A stretch of DNA of 62,231 nucleotides from Myxococcota bacterium (GCA_039208735.1 JBCCQY010000045.1:1-62231), one strand, 5' to 3'; shown: positions 28,493-38,781, numbered from the stretch's first letter. Notes: generated by a model from the letters alone, not told the origin. Made by a program: numbers and translations.

Positions 28493-31318
28493 CTACTCGG
28501 CGGTTGACGCGCTCGAGGATGACGCGCACTGGCCTTGGCGCTCCCGTTCTTCACACACCTGGACGTTGTTCTGTTCGTTGGGTGTCCAAAGGCGGGGATT
28601 CGCGGTGACCGAGAGGACGGTTTTCGTTGCGTCCACGATGCTCGAGGATTTCACCACCTCGTCGATCGAGATTTCGCCCTGCAACATGTCCCGAAGCTCA
28701 TTGTGCAGGGAGCCGGTGCTCCGAGCACTCTCCCCTTCGAGCACGCTGGACCACACGATTGGCTCGGTCGTACCGAAGACGAGGAACGTGTTGGCGGACT
28801 TCATAGGGGGAACGGCCCGCCCAATGTCCTGTGCGTACGTTGCGCCAGGACCACGCAAGACTTCCGTGGTGCGACCGGATGGCCAACTGGTGATCGAGCC
28901 ATCAGGTGACAGGTAGAGAATGCTGACGTACACATCGCGCACGGGCTTCTGGGTCAGCGTCGCCTCGAGCTGAAGTGCGGTGCACAGGGGGACCTCGAAG
29001 CGGTCTGTGGGCCGGGCTGGAGGCCGAAACGGCGTTTGTTCACAGCTCGGTGCGTCGGGGCTTGTCGCCAGCCGTACGTCGAGGCCTCCGCCTTTGGGTA
29101 GCGAGGATTGGAGCGCTCGAAGCACTTGCTGTTGGACGTGGCGTGCCAAGACGTCGGCAACGCCAAACGCATCTTTGGGATCGACGGCTTCCCCCGATCC
29201 CACACGATTGCGCGTTCCCCCCAGCCGGTCGCGAACGGTAAAGGCGGTGCGGTCGGGGTTCATGCCGATTTGGAAGTCGGGCGTCGCGCTACCGACCTCG
29301 ACGTAGCGACGCAGAAGCGGGTTCTGTTCGATGGCCACCCTTAGGTCATCGGCGTAGGCCGTCTTCTCGACAATGACGACCCCGATTGAGCGCTGGTCGG
29401 CCGGCATGGAAACCGAGAACCCTGGGATGGTCGGCTGTTCGATCGGCTCGAGAAACCGCGGCTCGATGTCTTCGTCGGTTGCCGTCGCCAATTGTAGGAT
29501 CTCTGGCAGATCTAGGTTCGGTTCAGGGGGAGCTACGCGTCGTTGGCTCGCCGGTTCCGAAGGAGGAGCGACCTCAGTCTCGCCCTCGTCGTCGAGGAGT
29601 TCCGCCAAGGTGGGGTGGAAGAACGTGACCGGGCCCCGGTGGCCGGCCTGCACCAATTCGTCGACCGGAGCGCCTTCGGTGGTTGGCACCGCCACGCTGA
29701 AGCCGACGATCGAAGCGCTGGCGACGACGAGCCAGACGAAAGGGGCGACCAGCCGTTGTCCAAAGGTGGTGATGACGAAGCCCGCGGCGGTGCTTGGCAT
29801 GAGCAGGCCCGCGGCGCCCCACCCGCCCGCAACCGCGGCGGTGCGGCTCGACCAGATGCGCCGCTGGTAGCTCTGGAGAATGCGTTCCGCCTCGTAGCGG
29901 TAGCCGTAAGGGTCGGGGTCGCGTTCGCCGGGGAGGGGGGTCAACTTGTGGAGCAAGACGTAGGCAAGGCGTACGCCTCGGCCCCAACGCCAAGGAGGAC
30001 CTTGGACATCGCGTCGGGCGCGTTCGAGGGCCGCTTCGATCCAGCCCTGTGCCTCGGCATCGTCGGGGGACAGGGGCGCGCTGGCGAACGCAGCGGGCAC
30101 GCCAGGGAGCGGTTCGCGGGGGTCGCGAATCCAGGAACGCAGCAGGGCTCGGGCGGCACGGGACCAGCCGGCGATCGCGCGTCCCACCTCGGCTCTCCGA
30201 CGCTTTGCCAGTTGACGCCAGCGGTTGCGAAGCGGACCCAACCGCAACGCATGGCGGACTTCAACGGACAACGCGCCGGCTACGGCCGTAAGCCACATCA
30301 ACAACGAGTCATTGCGGGCGGCTTGGTCCACCATGGCGACCACCCATTCGTCGATTGGGGTGTCATCGTAGCGAGCCTCGACGCCAGCGAGGGTCGCGAG
30401 TTCGACCAGCGTGTGGCGGTCCAGTTCGCTTGCGAGCAGCGCGAGTCCAATGTGCTGGCGAACTTGGTCGAGGGTCGAAAGCGTACCCAAAGGGGCGAGG
30501 TTGGCCAGCAAATGGCCTCGCTCAACGGGGGTTGCTGCTTGCACCACGGGGTCCCACGCCCCCACGCCTCGGCTCACCCGAACTCCCGCTTCGGTCGCCG
30601 CAGCTACGATGCGGTCGGTGGGCACTGCATCGTTGAGAAACGCAAGGAGGGGACGGTGCCGTTCGTCGGGACGGTGGGCGTCCCGACGATGCGAGCGTGC
30701 GGCTTGGGCATTGGCGAGTTCGGCTTCGAGTTCGTCGAAGCGCGTTTCATGGTGGGCCGCATCGACCAAGATCTCGACTTGTTCGAGAGGCGACACATCG
30801 TCAGGCACGAGGTCCCGGAGGGCCAGCCGATCGGCTACGCGCAGCACCACCGGGCGTCCCAGGGCCAACAGCTCGCGAACCACCGTGGCTCGGGTGCGGG
30901 CGACCCGATTGAACCGCTTGACGACGGTTTCGAGGGCATTCGCGTCGTCAGTCCCCTGAAAATCCCGAAGCCCCGCGATGGGAAAGGCGGCTTCGACTTC
31001 GGCCCACGTCACACCGTTGATAAGCCAGGGCACGAGCGCAAACCTCGTCCGACGGCTGCGGGCCTTGAGCGCGAGCATGGCCACTTCGGCCCCCACCCAC
31101 TCGCTGCGCAAGGCCTGGGGGCACAGCACGAGCACGCCCCCATCGCAGCGTTCGAGCCATTGGGCCAGCTCGTCGCGCCACCGGTCGCCCACTTCGAGGC
31201 GAACGTCGCGCATCGGTTCATGCCCCGCGGTCGCCAATGCAGGCTCGAGCTCGCGAATGAGTGACTCCGCGGCCGAAGAGGCGTGGGCGTAGCTGATGAA
31301 AATGCGAGCACCAGACAT
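28493..31318 (-). CDS. TIR-domain protein with helical repeats, TM segments and a DUF4384-like C-terminus
   Basis: RIFISYAH, GDRWRDEL, SEWVGAEV (TIR_2); hydrophobic stretch at ~29690-29850; DVYVSILYLSPDGSITSWP. Confidence 0.75.
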   Translation of the reverse strand: MSGARIFISYAHASSAAESLIRELEPALATAGHEPMRDVRLEVGDRWRDELAQWLERCDGGVLVLCPQALRSEWVGAEVAMLALKARSRRTRFALVPWLINGVTWAEVEAAFPIAGLRDFQGTDDANALETVVKRFNRVARTRATVVRELLALGRPVVLRVADRLALRDLVPDDVSPLEQVEILVDAAHHETRFDELEAELANAQAARSHRRDAHRPDERHRPLLAFLNDAVPTDRIVAAATEAGVRVSRGVGAWDPVVQAATPVERGHLLANLAPLGTLSTLDQVRQHIGLALLASELDRHTLVELATLAGVEARYDDTPIDEWVVAMVDQAARNDSLLMWLTAVAGALSVEVRHALRLGPLRNRWRQLAKRRRAEVGRAIAGWSRAARALLRSWIRDPREPLPGVPAAFASAPLSPDDAEAQGWIEAALERARRDVQGPPWRWGRGVRLAYVLLHKLTPLPGERDPDPYGYRYEAERILQSYQRRIWSSRTAAVAGGWGAAGLLMPSTAAGFVITTFGQRLVAPFVWLVVASASIVGFSVAVPTTEGAPVDELVQAGHRGPVTFFHPTLAELLDDEGETEVAPPSEPASQRRVAPPEPNLDLPEILQLATATDEDIEPRFLEPIEQPTIPGFSVSMPADQRSIGVVIVEKTAYADDLRVAIEQNPLLRRYVEVGSATPDFQIGMNPDRTAFTVRDRLGGTRNRVGSGEAVDPKDAFGVADVLARHVQQQVLRALQSSLPKGGGLDVRLATSPDAPSCEQTPFRPPARPTDRFEVPLCTALQLEATLTQKPVRDVYVSILYLSPDGSITSWPSGRTTEVLRGPGATYAQDIGRAVPPMKSANTFLVFGTTEPIVWSSVLEGESARSTGSLHNELRDMLQGEISIDEVVKSSSIVDATKTVLSVTANPRLWTPNEQNNVQVCEERERQGQCASSSSASTAE

Positions 31319-31472
31319 TGTTCGCAGCATACCCAGATCGGGAGGGGTGAGCATTGCCCGAAGTGCAACCCACGATGGTGGACGTCCATCCGTCGTGAAC
31401 GGCACCATCGCAACTCTTGCAAGACCGTTCGCGGTCCGGATGGGCCGACACGACAGTCAAGGAGAGACCCCC

Positions 31473-31907
31473 ATGTCCTTCACCCAGCTGTCGTACGTCA
31501 GTCGGCCCGTCGCTGGCACGACCATCGAAGACGTTCGAGACATCTTCGAAGTGTCGATGATTCGCAATCGGCAGGCCCAAATCACGGGGTTTCTCGTGCA
31601 TCGCCACGACCGGTTCGTGCAGATCATCGAGGGGCCGCCCGGGGGGGTGGTTCGACTGTTCGAGACCATCCGAGCGGATCCGCGACACGAGGAAGTGGTG
31701 CTCATCGGCTGCCGTCGCATCCCCGAGCGCCGCTTCTCCGAATGGTCGATGGGCTACCTGGCCGTTCAGGGCACCCTGGCCAACATCCTTTTGCGGCGCA
31801 CTGGCGAGGCCTCCTTTACGCCCGAGGCTCTCCCACACGAAGCCCTCGTGGCGTTGGTCGCGGAACTCTCGGGGCGGACCGCAATGTTGCCGGAACTCGA
31901 ACTCTAA
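31473..31907 (+). CDS. Stand-alone BLUF blue-light photoreceptor
   Basis: AAGGAG upstream of [41 protein letters not shown]. Confidence 0.92.
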   Translation: MSFTQLSYVSRPVAGTTIEDVRDIFEVSMIRNRQAQITGFLVHRHDRFVQIIEGPPGGVVRLFETIRADPRHEEVVLIGCRRIPERRFSEWSMGYLAVQGTLANILLRRTGEASFTPEALPHEALVALVAELSGRTAMLPELEL

Positions 31908-32839
31908 ACGCTAGCGCGCAGCCCTCGAACAAAGTTGGCTACTGCGGTACCGATGGCGTCGGGGCTGTCTTCTTGGATGAAGTGTAGTCCTGGAACCGTC
32001 ACTTCCTCAAGATGAGGCCACGATCGGACGAATTCGCGTTGGCGTCCAATGAGGATGGAGCCCGGATCCGCGTTGATGAACAGTTTGGGGGGCGACGCCT
32101 CGCTCGACAGCCAATCGCCATAGGCCTTGACGATGGCCGCGACGTCAGCCGGCTCTCCGTCGATCGGGATCTGCCGAGGCCAGGTCAGCGTTGGGCGCCG
32201 GTCTTCGCCCGGGTTGGAGAACGGTCGCCGATACTCGGCCATCTCTTCATCGGTGAGCGACCGCTGGATGGACGCAGGGAGGATGCGCTCGACAAAGGTG
32301 TTCTTGTCGAGGACGATCGATTCGCCAGCTGGCGACCGCATCGCTTGAAAGATGGCTCGGGCGGCTTCGGGCCAGTCGCTCCAGGTCACGGGCGTTGCGA
32401 TCGCCTCCATGAAGGCAATGCCCTGAATCGCGTCGCGATGGGTGTTCGCCCAGTGGAATCCGAGGCCGGATCCCCAGTCGTGGATGACGAACACGACACG
32501 TTCGGTGACCCCGATCTGGTGCAGGAGCGCTTCGAGATAGCCAAAGTGCTCGACAAACCGGTAGCGGTCAGGTCCCGACTGGGGCAGTTTTGAACTATCT
32601 CCTTGGCCGATGAGGTCGGGCGCGATGAGGCGACCCAGACCTTCGAGGTGCGGCATCACATTGCGCCACAAGTAGGAACTCGTGGGATTGCCGTGCAAAA
32701 ACACGATGGGGTCGCCTTCACCCACATCGACGTAGGCCATCTTCTGGCCAACGACGTCGGCGAACTGCTTTTCGTAGGGGAACCGGGCGTGGATGGGCAT
32801 GGAGACCTCGGGGGCGGGGACGCGCTCGTCTTTGGCCAT
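31904..32839 (-). CDS. dhaA: Haloalkane dehalogenase (LinB/DhaA-type)
   Basis: [43 protein letters not shown]. Confidence 0.92.
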   Translation of the reverse strand: MAKDERVPAPEVSMPIHARFPYEKQFADVVGQKMAYVDVGEGDPIVFLHGNPTSSYLWRNVMPHLEGLGRLIAPDLIGQGDSSKLPQSGPDRYRFVEHFGYLEALLHQIGVTERVVFVIHDWGSGLGFHWANTHRDAIQGIAFMEAIATPVTWSDWPEAARAIFQAMRSPAGESIVLDKNTFVERILPASIQRSLTDEEMAEYRRPFSNPGEDRRPTLTWPRQIPIDGEPADVAAIVKAYGDWLSSEASPPKLFINADPGSILIGRQREFVRSWPHLEEVTVPGLHFIQEDSPDAIGTAVANFVRGLRASV

Positions 32840-32878
32840 GCTACAGCGCGATTCAGCCGTGAACCTGGGAGGCCGCCC

Positions 32879-33625
32879 ATCGAGTTCGATCTCGGAGTGC
32901 TCGCGTTGATCGTGGTGGGCGCCATGATGGTCCAGACCGCGATTGGCTTTGGTGCAATGCTGATCTGCGTGACATTCGGGTCGATGCTCTTCACGGTGCC
33001 TGAACTCACCGCGATGCTCGTGCCCTTGTCGATGCTCCAGACGACGTACATCGTGGTGCATCACTGGCGTGATGTGAACGTCCGGCTCTTGTTCACCCGG
33101 ATCTTGCCTTGGATGGGGCTTGGCATGAGCATCAGCTTTCTTTGGGTAGGCGGTGAGGCTCAGCCCTGGATGCGCCCCACCCTTGGCGTGATGGTGCTGT
33201 TGCTCGCGCTTCGTGAGCTGGGCCGCGCCTGGTTCGGTGCGACCAAAGGGAGCGGCGGGTCTCGCGTGGCGGCCACGCTGGGACTCATCGTGGCGGGTTC
33301 GGTGCACGCCGTGTTCGCCACCGGCGGACCGCCTCTGGTTTGGGCCTTGGGCCAGGAGGGGCTTGACAAAGCCACCTTTCGCACGACGTTGACCGCGGTG
33401 TGGGTCGGCGTGAACACGGTGCTGGTGACCGCGTTCGCATTCCGAGGCCAATTGACCAGCGCCTCGCTAACCGCAACGGCAATGCTCGTCGTGCCGCTGA
33501 TCATCGGCATCGTGATTGGAGAGTGGCTTCACACGCGGGTTCAAGAGGACGGGTTCCGAGTCGGGGTATGGGGCTTTCTCGCCGTGGCCGCCATCCCCTT
33601 GATCATGAGCGGCGTTGTTGCATGA
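32879..33625 (+). CDS. TauE/SafE-family membrane protein (start uncertain)
   Basis: [21 protein letters not shown]; about 8 TM segments. Confidence 0.8.
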   Translation: MEFDLGVLALIVVGAMMVQTAIGFGAMLICVTFGSMLFTVPELTAMLVPLSMLQTTYIVVHHWRDVNVRLLFTRILPWMGLGMSISFLWVGGEAQPWMRPTLGVMVLLLALRELGRAWFGATKGSGGSRVAATLGLIVAGSVHAVFATGGPPLVWALGQEGLDKATFRTTLTAVWVGVNTVLVTAFAFRGQLTSASLTATAMLVVPLIIGIVIGEWLHTRVQEDGFRVGVWGFLAVAAIPLIMSGVVA

Positions 33626-34183
33626 AGGCGGGGGGCCGAGACCACGCGGGGATCCAAATGGGTGCGAGTCCTGTGTTCGTCGGCTCGGGCACGAATCGGA
33701 ACGGCGCCGCCAAAGGGCATGCGCGAATGCGACGGTCCGCGCACGCCCGAGCCCGGCGGACCACGTACCTTCTCGGACACCTCGCGGCGCAGAACCTCCG
33801 CTGGGCCTCTGCCATGTACGCCGATGGCCGCCGTCGCGGGCAAAGCGCTGCCACCGCCTACCGGCGAATCGCTCGAAGCCTCCTGCGCATCCTGAACGCC
33901 CTTGTTCGCGACCAACAGCCCCACGACGACGACCGCTATGTGACCGCCCTCAAGGCCAAAGGCGTCCCCTGGGCCTAATCGCTGTGAAGGCGAGAATGGC
34001 TTGGCCGGCCCCTCGCAAAGGCCAGCTTGCGAAGCGGACGTGCGGTCGAGGCCGACTCGCGACCGAGGTTCACTCCGCAGAACTCTCGCCCCGACAGCAG
34101 GGAAGCAAAGGTAAATCCTTTGTTGTTTGGACCACCGCCTCCGATCCTGAGATCTGTTCCTTGACTTATCAGTAGTGGTGTCC
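33622..34183 (+). mobile_element. IS110-family remnant: C-terminal Tnp domain plus long non-coding right end
   Basis: GASPVFVGSG, RMRRSA, AMY..GRRRGQS...AYRRIARSLLRILNALVRD (ORF 33622-33978); terminal CTTGAC...GTGGTGTC; N-terminal DEDD domain absent. Confidence 0.75.
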
Positions 34184-34257
34184 AACGCCTCTCGAGAGTT
34201 GCCATCTCATGCGTGACCGCTCGTCATCGCGGCGCAATGTGAACGACTCAAGCCGAG

Positions 34258-35220
34258 CTACTCGCGAACGACGTCTTCAGCGGACTTCGCTGTGAACAAG
34301 CGGTCGGTCCACGCCTCCAGCTGTTCCAGATGTGCGGCTTCGATCGCCTCCGATACGGATTCGGGAACAGCTCTGAAGCGCTTCTCGATCAGCCGATGCA
34401 GCAGGCGACGAGCCCCAACGTCCTCACCGGCCCGCATCCCTTCTTCACGTAGCTTCTGTGCCCAGCTCATAATGGCCTCTACCGTTTCTCGACCCACTTG
34501 GTCGACCAGCAGCCGCTGCAGCTCCTCGGTCGGTGGTTCCTTCTCAACGTCGATCACGTAGCGCATCACGATCTCGATGGCCCGCAAACCCGACTCCGAG
34601 AGCACCGCTTGGAGCACCGTGATCCACGTGGGCAGCCGCTCCCACAGCCTTCCATCACTCGCGTGCTTCATTAGGAGGAGAGCCATGCGCCCGAGAGCTC
34701 GACCACGAAGCTCGTCGTCCTCGACCCCACGTAGGTCCTCGAGGAGGTATCGGAAGTCGACCATCCATGATGCGAGGTCGTGGCGAACCTCATCCGGGGC
34801 GTCGATCAAGCTCGCGAAGTCCGAGGGGACATTCCACCGCTCGCCACCGTGGTACAGGACGACCGGAACCACGATGGGTAGCGCCCGAGCGCGGGGATAT
34901 TGGCCGAGCCAGTGCTGCCAGATCCGGACGAGGTACCCGAGCAGCCGGAACGGCATCAGCGGATCTGGCGATGACTGGTGCTCGAAGAGCAAGTAGACAA
35001 AGGCACTCTCATCACCCCAGCGACTCTCCACCTCGAACAGAAGGTCGGTGTGTCGGTCGGACAGCTCCTCGTCGACGAAGGAGCCGGGGGCATGCCGCAG
35101 GTGGTCGAAATCCAGGTGCCTTGTCACCTCAGACGGCAACACGGCTCGCAGGTGGGCTGCGGCCTGCTCGGGCTGCGAGAACACAGCCTTGAAGAGGGCG
35201 TCGTGGTGATTCCTCGGCAT
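34258..35220 (-). CDS. Rpn/YhgA-like PD-(D/E)XK nuclease with a DUF4351-like tail
   Basis: HDALFKAVFS, GSFVDEEL..RHTDLLF, YLLFEHQS, MPFRLLGY, VPVVLYHG; tail LEQLEAWTDRLFTAKS. Confidence 0.92.
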   Translation of the reverse strand: MPRNHHDALFKAVFSQPEQAAAHLRAVLPSEVTRHLDFDHLRHAPGSFVDEELSDRHTDLLFEVESRWGDESAFVYLLFEHQSSPDPLMPFRLLGYLVRIWQHWLGQYPRARALPIVVPVVLYHGGERWNVPSDFASLIDAPDEVRHDLASWMVDFRYLLEDLRGVEDDELRGRALGRMALLLMKHASDGRLWERLPTWITVLQAVLSESGLRAIEIVMRYVIDVEKEPPTEELQRLLVDQVGRETVEAIMSWAQKLREEGMRAGEDVGARRLLHRLIEKRFRAVPESVSEAIEAAHLEQLEAWTDRLFTAKSAEDVVRE

Positions 35221-35534
35221 GCTCCGACATAGCCCGCGGACATGGCCCGGCGGTCCTCGCCGTGAACTACTGCGCACACAGACTCGACCAGCCTCCCTGG
35301 ATACAGGCGCCACGAGCCTGACCGCATCGTGATCTCGCCCGAGGAATTGACCATGCCTACCTCTTGGTGGCCTGGGGCATCACACGCACCCCTTTGACTT
35401 GTCGTTGCATGCCCTCGAGCACTTCCGCGACATGCGGCTGGCGTAGATATCGGCTCGGCATCGCCGCCAACCGACTGCGAAGGCACATACTCCTCCCGCC
35501 AGCGTCACCTGCCGGAACCCGAATCCTGGAGCCC

Positions 35535-35846
35535 ATCCTGTTCTCACTTCCATCGCACGTCCGCCACGTTCACCTCTACGCCGACCCAATCAGCATGCAG
35601 TGGGGCGAGAAGAAGCTCGGACAGCTCTGCCGAGACGAAATGGGTATCGATCCCGACAACGGCGATTTCTTCCTCTTCTACAACCGGAAGAAGGACCAGA
35701 TCCGGCTCTTCTTCCTGGACGTCGATGGCTGCCAGATGCTCACGAAGTACCTGCCAGACAACGCCTTCCTGTTGCCCGTCGTCCCGGAAGGCTCACGCTC
35801 GATGGAGATCCCGGCGACCCTGCTGACGTCACTGTTCAAGCAGTGA
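35535..35846 (+). mobile_element. Orphan IS66 accessory TnpB (orf2)-like gene
   Basis: HLYADPISMQWG..KL...DP.NGDFFLFYNRKKDQIRLFFLDVDG; no tnpA or tnpC nearby. Confidence 0.7.
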
Positions 35847-36091
35847 TGAATGAAGCCCCAGGCTGAACTCCCGAAGCCGAGCGATGGGCCAACTCCACGT
35901 GCGCAACGACGAACGGGCCTTGTCGTGACAACCTCGCAACGGCCTCGCTCCGACCAAGCTCGCACAGCATTCCTCGAGCACGTCGCGAAGACCATCGACC
36001 CCGCGTGCAGAGCCGTTCACAAGGTACGCGATGTCGTGTTGCCGATCCCTTAGGCCATCCAGTGCGAGCACACGGCCAGGGTCGGGTCAGC

Positions 36092-36479
36092 ATGCGTGGC
36101 CAGAGTTCCAAGAACTCTCGATGTTGGCGCTCGTCTCGCCGGACAGCATGGTGACGCCCGACCATCCGTTGCGGCACCTGCGACCCCGGGTCGAGCGTGT
36201 CCTTCGCGAGCTCGAGCCTGTCTTCGAGCAGATGTACGCGGCGTCGGGCCACCCGTCGGTGCCTCCGGAGCGACTGCTCAAGGCGATGCTGCTGATGGCG
36301 CTGTTCTCGGTCCGCAGCGAGCGGCAGTTCTGTGAGCAGCTGCACTACAATCTGCTGTTCCGCTGGTTCCTTTCGATACCGAAACGAGCGGCCACCTACG
36401 TGGCCCGCCCGACCCGTCACAGGTACCCTTCTGTCTCGGATCCATGGGCGTCCACGGCCTTCTTCATCAACCTGCTAGC
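36092..36479 (+). pseudogene. Internally deleted IS5-family (DUF772) transposase
   Basis: ATG 36092 (MRG) is out of frame with DHPLR...GHPSVPPERLLKAMLL..LFSVRSERQFCEQLHYNLLFRWFL; then jumps to the terminal FFINLL / TTCATCAACCTGCTAG end; no DDE domain. Confidence 0.8.
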
Positions 36480-37533
36480 GAAACTGTCCGCTTCCGAAGT
36501 CGATTCCCACCGGTACGCACCACACGCTCACGCCATCGACATCATCCCAGGTCGTGCCAGAGGGGAGCGAGGCGTAGATGGTTTCGCCGTCGTAGCCGCC
36601 AGGCAACAGTAGGTTCTCCGACATGGAGATGTCGAGATCGTAGTTGCCACCTAACCCCCCGTAGATCTGAACGTTGATGCCGGTCCCGTCGAAGACGAAG
36701 TCGCGGATCTCGACGGTGCAGTCGTCAATGATCTGGGCCGTTCCTTGCACATCGTGGAAGAAGGTCTGCAGCTCTGCAATCTGACCGATCCGAGGATGGG
36801 TCTGGTCACACGCTTCAGGTGCGGTGCTCGCCGGGATTTCTCCGTCAGGAGGGGCGGGGGTTCCCGGCGTGCCGCCGCCCTCCATCGACACATAGGCCAC
36901 CACGTCGAGGAGCTGATCGTCCGACAGTCGATTGGCTCCTCAGAACGGCATGAGGCCGCCGGTGAGCACGTCTCCGTAGACGCCTCCGGGACGCCCGCTC
37001 GTACGGACGCGGCGCGCGATCAATTCAGGCTCGAGGCCCCGGAACAACACGTTGGGGGCAAGCTCGGTGATGTCGCCGGTGGCGCTGTGGCACGCCACGC
37101 ACCGCGATTCGAACACCTCGCGTCCGGCCATGGCGTCGCCACCGGTGAGGTCGGCGGGCGGGGCTACGATGTCGACCGAGATGGGTTCGGCGGTGGCAGG
37201 AGCGGTGTCGGAAAGCAACCCTTCGAGGGCTAACCAATCGGGGTCGTCGTCGGCCCACGGTTCGGGGGCGTTCATCCATTCGTCGCGGCAGCTGTTGACC
37301 GCATCGAGCAGACGACTCACCTCGCCGTTCTTCCAAGACGGTCGAGCGATCGCATCCCCAATGGCGTGCCCCGGCCGAATCAGGCCATCTTCGGCGGGCT
37401 CTTCGAGCGCGTGGCAGGTCGCACAGGCGAACACATTGCCGTCCGGAAGACGGTTTTCGTAAACGGAGCGCCCGTCTTCGGCACTTCCACAGGCCACCAC
37501 GCCGCCAAGGGCGATTGCCCAACCTCGGATCAT
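36475..37533 (-). CDS. Diheme cytochrome c lipoprotein plus DM13 domain, interrupted by an in-frame UGA (36940-36942)
   Basis: GGAGG upstream of ATG 37533; lipobox VVAC; CATCH and CVACH; MPF-UGA-GANRLSDDQLLDVVAYV; DM13 HDVQG...FDGTG...VSVWC...FG. Confidence 0.75.
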
Positions 37534-37677
37534 CCTTACCTCCGCCCTCCGAGTCTCGGCAGAAGACCGGGCATTACGGGCCGCGATCGTGGTGACACTC
37601 GATGACATGTAAGTTGCGAACTTCGGGAGCGTTGGACGGTCCTGCAAGGGAATGAACCCTTCGACCGTGGAGCCTGC

Positions 37678-38781
37678 ATGCCCGACCGTTGGAAGTTGAC
37701 CGCCGCCCTCGCCATCCTTGCGCTTGGAGCCGGCCTTGCGGCCCAGCAGCTCTTGCCTGCGGACGCTCCCTCGGCGCAGGCACCTCGCGACGTCGACATC
37801 GTGCTTTGCCTCGACACGTCGGGATCGATGGAACAGCTCATTGATTCCGCACGATCCCGGCTGTGGGATGTGGTCAACGAGGTGGGGGAACAGGAGCCCA
37901 ACGCAAACCTGCGGGTTGGTCTGCTGTCGTACGGCTCCCCAACGCCAGGCACGGGCGCATCTGGCTACGTCGTCGTGCAAAGCGCACTCACTAACGACCT
38001 TGACGCCCTGTACGCGACGATGTGGGGCCTCCACACGGACGGAGGCGACGAGTACGTGGGATGGGTCCTTGAGGACGCACTCGAAAAAATGCCCTGGTCG
38101 ACCTCCGACAACGCTGCGCGCCTCATCTTCGTGGCGGGCAACGAGTCCGCCTACCAGGGCAGCAAGGATCCGACCCGCATCGCGGCCCGCGCCAAGGTTC
38201 AGGGATTCAAGATCAACACCCTGTATGCGGGTCAGGTCAACCAGGGTGTCGCCGAGAACTGGGACGACGTCGCCGAGGCAGGAGGCGGTCGGTTCACCGC
38301 GATCTCGATGGCGGATGGTTTGGTCCAGGTCGCGACCCCCCACGATGCCGAGATCGAGCGTCTCAACAAGGCGTTGAACGACACCTATGTGCCGATGGGC
38401 GAGGCCGGTCGGCAGCGGTACCGCCGCGTGCAGGAACAAGATGAGCGCGCGGGACGCATGGGGGCGGCGAGTTCCGCGGCGCGCGCGCTCGCGAAGGGGT
38501 CGAGCGTCTACAAGAACGAAGCGTGGGACCTCGTCGATGCCACCACGTCAGGCAAGGCAGAGCCCGAAGCGGTGTCTGCGCCCATGTTGCCTCCGGAGAT
38601 GCAGGCCATGAGGCCCGCGGCCCGTCGGGCCTACGTCGAGACCAAGAAAGCCGAGCGTGATGCCATCAAGCAGCAGATGGCCGAGATCAAGGAGGCCCGC
38701 GAAGCCTGGATCGAAGAGAACGCGGAAGAAAGCGAAGGGCTCGGCAAGAAGATGAAGACGATCGTGGCCGAGCAGCTCTAA
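37678..38781 (+). CDS. Secreted vWA-domain protein
   Basis: Signal peptide; VLCLDTSGSM, TDGGDEYVG, IFVAGNES, WDLVDA. Confidence 0.88.
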   Translation: MPDRWKLTAALAILALGAGLAAQQLLPADAPSAQAPRDVDIVLCLDTSGSMEQLIDSARSRLWDVVNEVGEQEPNANLRVGLLSYGSPTPGTGASGYVVVQSALTNDLDALYATMWGLHTDGGDEYVGWVLEDALEKMPWSTSDNAARLIFVAGNESAYQGSKDPTRIAARAKVQGFKINTLYAGQVNQGVAENWDDVAEAGGGRFTAISMADGLVQVATPHDAEIERLNKALNDTYVPMGEAGRQRYRRVQEQDERAGRMGAASSAARALAKGSSVYKNEAWDLVDATTSGKAEPEAVSAPMLPPEMQAMRPAARRAYVETKKAERDAIKQQMAEIKEAREAWIEENAEESEGLGKKMKTIVAEQL

